Source of the DNA: the human T2T-CHM13v2.0 reference genome, Homo sapiens
Direction: 5' to 3' (one strand)
Length of the DNA stretch: 64,000 nucleotides
NCBI RefSeq assembly: GCF_009914755.1
Contig: NC_060928.1
Of this stretch, positions 54,341 to 64,000 are shown piece after piece. Position numbers and translations under genes: made by a program. Position 1 is the stretch's first letter. Every line of letters begins with the position of its first letter. The notes under the pieces are model-generated. The model was not told where the DNA came from and searched no databases. It worked only from the letters and a program-made list of their open reading frames with translations.

Positions 54341-56343
54341 GCGTAATGTTGGATGAAAAGAGGCATCGCAAATTCCCCTAGGGAGGTTTTTTTCTATTTG
54401 GTCATCCAGGGCACAGGGCTTCATCCATGCTCACAGTGCCCCCTAGTGACAGAACAGAAAGAACTCAAGTGTACTCTGAAATCTAATGCTCTGTGGCTAA
54501 TACACATTATGACCTATGCTAATCCTTTTCATTTCATTACTTTGGGGATGGATCCTATCAAAACATATTTGATATTTCTATAAACTCTACATCTCTATGA
54601 ATCAATAAGCTTCTTCCTTAAACTCATGCATCAATCATTATCAGACATGTTAGGGAGGCAGAGACAACGTGGAAGTGGCAAGAGTCTCTGACACACAGCC
54701 CACGTTTCACTATTTACAACCACACTGGCCCCAGCTAACATCCGTCAGGAGACTGAACACCAGCACTATGACTCTTATGCTTTTTGTGATGTTCTTACCA
54801 GGTGTGTAAGGCATGTGATAAGATAATGTATAAACCAGAATGTATAATTTCATCTGTAGAGAATAGTTTAGGTCGCGGGGAATTCTGGCATGCGACATAG
54901 AGGCACACATAGATTTTCCTTCATCTCTCTCTATTTCATTACTCTAGTCATTTGAACATAAGGCCCAAATCATTGACTTTTCAATATTTAAGTCCCCCAA
55001 ATTGAATGACATGACCACCCTCTCACTTGTCACATTTTGGCTTTTTCTAAGGACTTTCATTATTTATCTACATTGATTGGATGACCTTTGCCATCTATTT
55101 GCTAGCCTTTAAAAGATTTAAGTCTTCCATAAGCATAATCTGGCCGCATTCTTCCCCAAATTAATTAGTATTATTGCTCTCCTGTCATATATTCATGAAT
55201 TGTGCTTTCTTTTCTTTTGCACCTGCTCTGACTCATTTCAAGGCTGTGTTATCCTAATGAAATACAAAGATTGACCTTTACTGTGCAATCTAATGAAAAA
55301 TGTACTAATTTTATGGAACTAAAATTTAACAAATTTCTATCAAGGTAGAATGCGTGCTTTTGTAATGTTGAAAATATTGTAAATATCAATTACTATATAT
55401 AAAAGAACACATAGCAACATTTGCGAAGACAATAATGCAATGTAAAGTTGAATGAAATGGAAGTAATTTTCTATATATTTTCCTGGTTCTGAAATAAGAA
55501 ACATTATAGTACAGCTTTGAATGGCCTTGATTTTCTCTGTTGGCTGCAGGGTTTTGCAGCACTAAAGTTATATTTTGAAGTACCTCAAATTTTCCAGACT
55601 CTGCAAGAAAGAAAAATAAAGGTATATTCGTTGTGCCACAAAATAAGTACAGTTAGAATATTGAAAGAATGCTTAATACAATCCTTTTATGTAGGCAATT
55701 GGGAATTGATGGTGCAATAAGTCTAAAGAGATTTGTAAGGATATTCAGAGGAAGTATTGATATCTGAATTATCAAATAGTTTTCCAAAAGTTACAAAATG
55801 AATGACTTCCTGCCATGCTCAGGTATAGAGGCTCATTCACAGTAATTGTGGGGCTTGGCTTTGAAGTTCATTGTACCAACAGATATCTCAGGACCATGTC
55901 TCCAACCTCAAGATGGTACCAGATTCCAGTAAAGTGAAAACAGCACATCACTTTCAATAAGGTTGTTATTTTATTTTTAATGTAATGATTACAGCCAATT
56001 TTAACTTATAAATAATGACATATATTCTTTTTTAGAATCACAAAATCAAAATAATTATTTGGTCCTTTTGCACATGATACTGTTAACACATTGCCACCAG
56101 TCCACCAGCTTAGAAGTTACAGGCAACATTAACTGTAGCCCCAGTGAGTAAGGCATTATATCAAAAGCATGATAACCTGCTACTTAAAGTGTGATGTGCA
56201 CATTTTGCTGAGTTCTAACTTATCATATCATATACTGCCAAATACTAGGTAAAATTCCTGCTCCTAGACATAAAATTTTGTCTTAAGGAGAGTTTAGCCC
56301 ATCAAGCTCCCTGAAAGTATTTGTTTTCCTGCTAAACGCTTTG

Positions 56344-56347
<4 letters not shown>

Positions 56348-56375
<28 letters not shown>

Positions 56376-56644
56376 GAGAGGGAGTCTCACTCTTTTGCCA
56401 GGCTGGAGTGCAGTGGCGCAATCTTGGCTCACTGCAACCTCCGCCTCCTGGGTTCAAGCAATGCTCTGCCTCAGCCTCCCGAGTAGCTGGGATTACAGGT
56501 GTGGGCCGCCATGCCCAGGTAATTTTTGTATTTAGTAGAAACGAAGTTACACCATGTTGGCCAAGCTGGTATTGAACTGCTGACCTCATGACCCACCCGC
56601 CTTGGCCTCCCAAAGTTCTGGGATTACAGGTGTGAGCCACCGCA
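56348..56644 (-). mobile_element. AluS (Sg/Sc-like)
   Basis: Long poly-T plus reverse Alu; TSD ctttgcctcttt at 56339-56350 and 56645-56656. Confidence 0.94.
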
Positions 56645-56789
56645 CTTTGCCTCTTTAAGAATGGTCTGTTGAGGAATTAATACTGCCGAAGCAGGATTGG
56701 AATTTTAAGATATTTATTTATTAACTTAATTTGTGGCTAGGAATTTGGGACATGGGATGGAGACATTTTGATAGGACGTGAAGGGGAGT

Positions 56790-57365
56790 TAAGTCACAAA
56801 GGAATGAAACGGTGAATGTGGGGGTTTATTTAAGCGAGAGAACACTCCACAGGGTGGGAGCAGGCCACAGCGAGCGGCTCAGGGGCCTGGTTACAAAGTT
56901 TTCTGGAGTGTCTGTACCCGATCGAGGCCCCTACTGGCTACCCCTTGTGTGGATAAAGGACTTGGCCCATGGCCAATTAGAGGCCGGATTGGATTGCTGT
57001 CCTCTGCGGATGAAGGGATGGTCCGCGCTTGGCCTGCATCAATGCAAAGCAAGCTCCGGTTTCATCTGAGATGTTGTGGGGTGGGGTGCGGGGTTGTAGG
57101 GAGAGTAGCCTCTGATCCTTTGTTACTCCAGCGTGGAGAGATGGGGTTTTCACTTTTGATCCAGCCGTAGGAAGGCAGCACAGATTGGCCTTAGGTTCCT
57201 ACCTCCAGACCTGGGAGTTTTCCCTTTGATTTAGCTTCAGGAAATCAGCACTTACTGGCCTGGGGTTCCCTGCCCCCAGTCCCTGGTGTCTTTCTTTTGA
57301 TCCAGCTTTAGGAAATTAGCTCGAATTGGCTTTAGCTTCTCTTCAGACCTTATTCTCCTGCCTCA
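56790..57365 (-). mobile_element. MER51-family ERV1 LTR
   Basis: acactccacagggtgggagc..ggccttaggttcc..ctccagacc; terminus tattctcctgcctca is the reverse complement of TGAGGCAGGAGAATA. Confidence 0.82.
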
Positions 57366-58825
57366 CTAGGACCGAGTGACCCAGATGGAGCAGAACCAAA
57401 TGGGAGCTCGAGGGAGGAGGCTTTAGGCAGGGCACTCAGAGGCGGGCATTATTGACGATGGTGGAGGGACTGGAACTCACTTAGGACAGTCTTCAACTAC
57501 TTTACACAGTACCATTGACCAGAATAAGAATGAAATCACTATGTGACAGTTTCCAGGTCTAGGAACCCCCCGAAATAGATCCCATAGGTGGAAAACCCAA
57601 AAGGTATTCATTGCTGCCTCAGCTCCTCCATCGCCTCCAGAGACTTCTGTTTTTAGTATGACCTTGTCGGTCTCCTCTCAATGTCTCTATTCTTGGTCTG
57701 GAATTACCCAATTTACCTTAATTTAGTCTTACTTATGGTTGTTTTCGAAGAAGGAAAACAAGAAGATCATGTCATTGGTATGTTCAGAGATGCAATTGTG
57801 TTAGCACTGTTTTACAGAAAATGCAGCTGAAAGTCAGCAAGTTTACTAAGTGACTCACCAACACCACCTGGCTAGAACCGAGATTCCTTGTGTTCCTCCG
57901 CTCAACTGTTTCCAGAGCATGAGGTGGCCTCTTAATAGAGGACTATGTCTTTTTTATAATTCATCAAGCTGGATTAACTGTGCCAAGAACTCACTGAAGC
58001 TCAGAATGTTACAGCATTTTATTCACTACACTGCTTGAGTGTGACCCTAGTGAATTCAAGGTTAATTGCTAGAATGACAGAGCATATATTGTAGGCACTG
58101 GTGAAAGACACCCGTGAATGTTTGCTACCTTCTTTATGTGATATTAATTTACTCATCAAATACTATCTACAATTCAGCAAGCAATGATGATACTGAGAAG
58201 TGCCTTGTTGTATGTGTGTAGAGAGGAGGAAAGGAGGGATTAGTAATTCATCATCTCCATTAGCCCTATCCAAGATTTCTAAAAAACATAAAGTCGAGGT
58301 AAAAGTAAATAAAAGCCAAGAAGCAGGGCCACTATGATAGCGTCTAATTGTGGATCTTCAACCTGGAAACAAAATGTAACTGAACTTTTGTGCAGTTATA
58401 TTTTCAGTTTTCTAAACTTCTGCTGGAATTTTCATGTTATTTGATTGCATAATGAGTATTGTTTAGGGTCAAGTTTAGTTGGTGACTTTGTGCCATCTTC
58501 TTGTTAGCTTTTCTAATTACATTTGGTCCAAATAATTCAGATCATTCTACTACCTATTCTTCTCACAACTTCTTTGCTAAGTGGGTGAATACAATAGTGT
58601 ACCAACAATGAGAAGGTACTGTTTATTATTTATAGAAATAAATCAACACCTAAAATACAAATTTTAAAATTTCTAGAGAAATCACACTTTTTGAAAGGCT
58701 TGGAAAGCATGAAAAAAACATGTTTCTTCTTAAAATAAATTTTGAATTTTAATGGGTCATTAGCAGATTAATGGATCATTCTTGTTCTGATGTAAACCTT
58801 CAATTTAAGATTCTAAAATTTTTAG

Positions 58826-59118
58826 GGCTGGGGCAGTGGTTCAAGCTTGTAATACCAGCATTTTGGGAGGCTGGCTAGATGCCAGGAGTACAAGCCCAGT
58901 CTGGATAACATAGCAAGACTCTGGCTCTACAAAAAAGAAAAACACCAAAAAATTAGCTGAGCATGGTGGCACATGCCTGTAATCCTAGTTACTTGGAGGC
59001 TGAGGTGGGAGGATCACTTGAGCCCAGGAGTTTGAGGTTATAGTAAGCTATGATGGTGCAACTGCACTCCAGATTGGGCAACAGAGCAAGACTCTGTCTC
59101 CATAAATAAATAAATAAA
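58826..59118 (+). mobile_element. AluJ (Jo-like)
   Basis: ggaggatcacttgagcccaggagtttgagg; (TAAA)n tail. Confidence 0.92.
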
Positions 59119-59232
59119 TTTTTAATATGCTGGCCTGATTTGGCTTGTGTTTCTGGATAGTATAGAGACTCTTCCTTGCTCAGAATCTCTGGGTGGCTTT
59201 CTGGAGTCCGTGAAGTAGAAGTCAAGAAATGA

Positions 59233-59636
<404 letters not shown>

Positions 59637-60739
59637 CTGCAGTCTCACCTTCTAATATAGCATATTAACTTGGATCAAAGTAGGTGTGGCAATTTGTTCA
59701 TGTGGCCATCATGGTTTCCACTCTATAGCTAAAGAGATGTTGAGTCAGTTCCCCCAAATATCTTAGGTATTTCTGGTCATGTCCTAAGACTGTATTGAAT
59801 TTTGTGTATTAGTAATGTTTATATGGCTTGGAAGATTTAATATGCATCATTATCCCATTCAGTGCAATGAATATTTTCTCTGGTGTAGGTATATGGCCTA
59901 TGTAGCAAATATGCAAAATAGATAAAATATATAGTGCATTAAACTATGCTGTATTGCTCTATTCAGTATTCCTTAGTGAATAGAAAGAGTCCAGCCACTT
60001 CCCAAAGCATCTGGTCAATTAATAGAATTTTCAGTTTGGAGAAAACTAGTTCTATGAAATTTATATCTAATGCACTTGCCTTGTCAATAACTTAAATATT
60101 ATATTTTTCCACAAGAAATAGTATTTCTTCACCCCTGCCCATGGCCTCCCTGATGTACATATAGTTAGCCTAGGATGTGGATTTCAAGGGTGACAAAATG
60201 TCATTTACATAATAAATGTTACTCTCATACTCAGTTTCAAGGAGTTCTTATCAATAATTTAGAAAGAATTAATAATATATTTATAACACATGCTGGAAGT
60301 AGGATAAAATTATTTATAAATGCTTAATAAATGTTTGATAGTGCTTTTGCCATCCATGTTATAAATGATAGATAGGTGACTATAGATACCTTGTTAAACA
60401 TTTATGTCCCTTGGTTATGGTTATTCTATAATGGCTTGACAAAAGTTATTAAAAGAGTGAATTAACATCATACATACATTCTATAAATGAAATGTGGTAA
60501 AATATTTAAGATTTAAAGTAGTTTGTAGGAATTGTTGGGTTATTATAGCTAATGCTATTTACTCATTGGTAGCAATTTACTGTGCATAATAACACTAAGA
60601 GGCAGTTTCTCCTCATTCTGAATTTCAAATCAGTAGTTGCCAAATTTTGATTGGTTATGTCCTGTGATATTACTATTTTAATATTTTAAGGAAATTACTT
60701 TTAAATCATTCACACTTAAATAGTAACCCCCAACTGTGC

Positions 60740-60826
60740 TTTTTTTTTTTTTTTTTTTTTTTGAGATGGGATCTCTGTTGCTCAGGCTGGAGTACCGTGG
60801 TACATAGCTGGGACCTCAGGCATGCC
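60740..60826 (-). mobile_element. Short, internally deleted Alu right-arm fragment
   Basis: Poly-T + gagatggg..ctgttgctcaggctggagt..tagctgggac..caggcatg, flanked by 14-bp direct repeats. Confidence 0.8.
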
Positions 60827-63800
60827 AACTGCACTTTTATATAAGGGGAAGTGATGGTTGTTGCAGAGGACTACAGATCCCTATACAGGTTTTTAATTCA
60901 GCATCCTCACCCAATCCATTGAACTTTTTTTGAAGAAAAGTGTGGAGTGGTGAGAGAGAGAAGGGTACTCTTACATATTAGGTGGATCATCTCTGGGCAA
61001 CCGTTCAGATCCCAGATATGTCATCCAGTTCTGTCTCACATTCCAGAAAAAAGAGGAGGTATATTATTGCCCTCGTTTATAGAATGGGTGTACCCACTCC
61101 CCCCCAAAAAAATCCACATTATTTATACAGTATGTGTGTATAACACTTTCTAAAACTCATCCAGTGTTTGTGTTTAAACCATCCAATATCCTTATCTCAA
61201 TTCATATCTGATTAAGCTACACTCTTGCTTAACTTTTCTCAGTTAAACAGTGAATCAACGGTTGCCCTCAGAATGATGCTTGGGCTAATTTGCTTTTTAA
61301 TATAGCTAGGGTGCCATGATTCTAGATAAGAAGTTTCAATCTAGGCACCAAACATATATCACATATTAGATATCAAGATGTATGAGATAGATCATAATGC
61401 AGATTTACCTGGAGAGGGATGTAGCTGTCATGTGAGTTCTATGGCCTCAACAAAGGAGGAGGAGTGGGGTTGCCACCCCCTCAGTTCAAGTCCACTGAGA
61501 GGGACTGTAGAGGGAACCACTCTGAGGACTTGACATGTCCACTCATCTGGTCTAAAGATGAGAAGCTATGGCTATTGGCCTAATGCAGAGGGCGGAGGGA
61601 GGGGGAGTTGCTGCCTCTATCATCCTGTCAAAGGTATGTGAGTTCTGGAGACAATTGTGAAGCATCAGTAGAAATGTTGACCTTGCTCAAGGGCTATCCT
61701 GCCAAGGGCAAGTGGCTCCAATAAAAAGAGGGTGTAGAGGAAGCAGGAACAGCCAAATAGGAGCAGTGAGGGAAGAAGTCTTATTTTTTTTTTTAACAGC
61801 TTTAAGTAGCTGCAGGTGCTGACTTACCATCCATCCTGTAGAATCAGGATCCAGGCGCCTGGAAATACTGATTAAGTCCTGCATGGGGAGGCACCATGGG
61901 GAATTATTAATGAAGACTTTCCTGCCCACAGTGCTGTGCTGATTTAACGCAATTCAAATGACACACACAAGCCCAGCCTCAACACACCTGTGTCTATTAG
62001 ATTAATAAAAACAATTCAAAAGGATGAGTAGCTATATGAAAATATAACTAAGTATAGAGAGTGGCAATGATATGAAACACACGATGATACTAGAGTGAAT
62101 TTGAACGACTGGAACCAGTAAAGACAGAGTAAGCGTCTCCATGGAGCAGGAGAAGCAGGTGAAAGATGGTGATGGAGGAGGCGAAGGAAGATTTAGCATG
62201 AAAAAGTAGGATATTCAGGAAAAAAAACATACTATTTTCAGTACACAGTACTGTCCTGCAAAGTAGGTTTGTTTTACTGAAGCAAAAACTGAGATAACAA
62301 ATAAGTATTACAATTTAAGAAATTCAAGAGAACACTACAAACTGTAAAAGATCCTGTCCTCTGAATTCACATCTCATGTATTATCTATTTGTTTCCTACA
62401 TCCCAAGAACTGCCTTTTGTCATTACTGTTACTTAACTTTTTGTCACCTTAATTAAATCAAAAGCTTTTGAAAAGTACAAACTGCCTGCTACGTTTTGCC
62501 TGATCTTAAAGCACCAAGCACTGGGCTGGGTACCCAGCAGGCATTCAGTAATTATTTGTGAATTTCAGGATTAGTCACAACATCATGCAAAGACGGTCAC
62601 TTTTGCTTCTTTACTTAGCTATATTGGAGGCAGTTGCAGTAATGTATTCAGGCAGGTCAGGCCAAGACTCTGGCCAACCATGAAAATGGAAATTAAGGGA
62701 AGACTTGAAAAATATGGAGAAAAGCATCAGTAGAATTTAGTAACAGACTGAATAGAATATGACAGAAACTCAGGTGCCATTTTGGAAAATGCCAAAAGCA
62801 TCACTGAGGCCAAAAATCACCTAAGCAGGTGCCTTTATGCAATCAGGCATTGCCATGAAAGATCTAGTTATCACAGGAGGCTTTTTCTCTGTCTCCTTCC
62901 TGGCTTGCAAATACTGTCAAGCTACATTAGCACCAAAAGCAGTTAGATTGCAATGACCTTTACTAATCCACCACATTTATGTTTGGACTTTTCTCGCAAT
63001 AAATGTAACATTACAATTATTAATGTCAGCGTTTTCTTTGGAAACAGTGGTGAACTCATTAAGAACACTGCCAGGTGTTGCCAACCCCAGGTGTGAACCT
63101 AGTGGTTAGTGAGATGTAAATAACTCTTTATGGAAAATTTGCAGTCTAACGAATTAGCAGTCTCACACAAAGCCAAACTAGTTTCCTGTGATTAGCTTCA
63201 TTACACCACTAGCTGTTTTCCTGTAGGTCAAAGAAAAAAGTAGCAGATGCCCCTCCTTTTAGAATATAAATCAGATTAGCATCTACCTCATTGCTCGCTG
63301 TTTCCAAAGATAGCTGTCAGCCTTGCCATAAAGATGGTAAAAGATCCACACTGAAGTGCATGCATGTCAGGGATCCTGGAACTATTTTGCTTCTTTTCTT
63401 GGAGATGCATGCCCGTTAGTGGTGATGTGTCTTGCTCCACTATGAGGATGTTTGTCATACCCACTGCAGAGTCCATATTACTTGCTATTTAAGGTAGTGG
63501 CATCTGCTGGGGGGTGGGGAGAGATGAACAATAGTCAGATCCTTGTTCAACAGCTGCTCAGTGGCCAGCAGCTGTTTTGAGGTTCCTTTCCTGGTTCAGA
63601 TGCTGTTTTCCATTTCTCTTCTTATAATCTCTGAAACAAATGTCAACATGATTACCATATGAAAAAAGTAAGCATTTTGGGATCTTAAAGTCCAGATGAG
63701 CAAATCTGGGAGGCTACTTGTGACTGCTTCTTGTTATGACTTGATACAGTCTTTAAACGCATGCAGACAGTCGAAGGGTTTATGTATTCCCATGAATATC

Positions 63801-64000
63801 ATAATCACACTAACGACAAAGAAAATGTCTTCGTGTGCGATGACAGCTGTACTAAATGTGTGGCACTCAAGAAACATATTTGATTAATGTAGTTTACACT
63901 TGGTAACTTTTAAAACAGCCATTTTTACCTTTTTTCTTTAGCCTAGATTTTCTGCTAGTTTTTTTTTTGGCACTAAACTGCATATTTTTACTCACTCGAT

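Noticed and set aside
57143-57352. Regularly spaced repeats considered as a CRISPR-like array
   Set aside because: Diverged tandem units inside an ERV LTR, with no unique spacers and no cas genes; eukaryotic context.

Overview
Non-coding, AT-rich primate (human-like) nuclear DNA, either intergenic or a large intron. No protein-coding exon, RNA gene, CRISPR array or prokaryotic feature could be supported; the ORFs in the track look like chance or Alu-derived frames. The window holds about 18 Alu insertions (J, S and Y types), several 5'-truncated L1 3' ends, LTRs (MLT1A0, MLT1J/K, MER41A, MER21, LOR1, MER51), DNA-transposon relics (MER3, MER2B, MER96, MER30), many MIR/L2 relics and microsatellites. 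Repeat family calls come from my recall of consensus sequences, so subfamilies and some boundaries are approximate. I found no convincing new biological system. The most notable items are a tail-less, probably internally primed Alu with TSDs (59354-59653), a near-consensus CTCF site in a transposon-poor block (53017-53030), an AP-1/MARE motif cluster (23.5-26.3 kb), several AT-rich palindromes, and template-switch scars.
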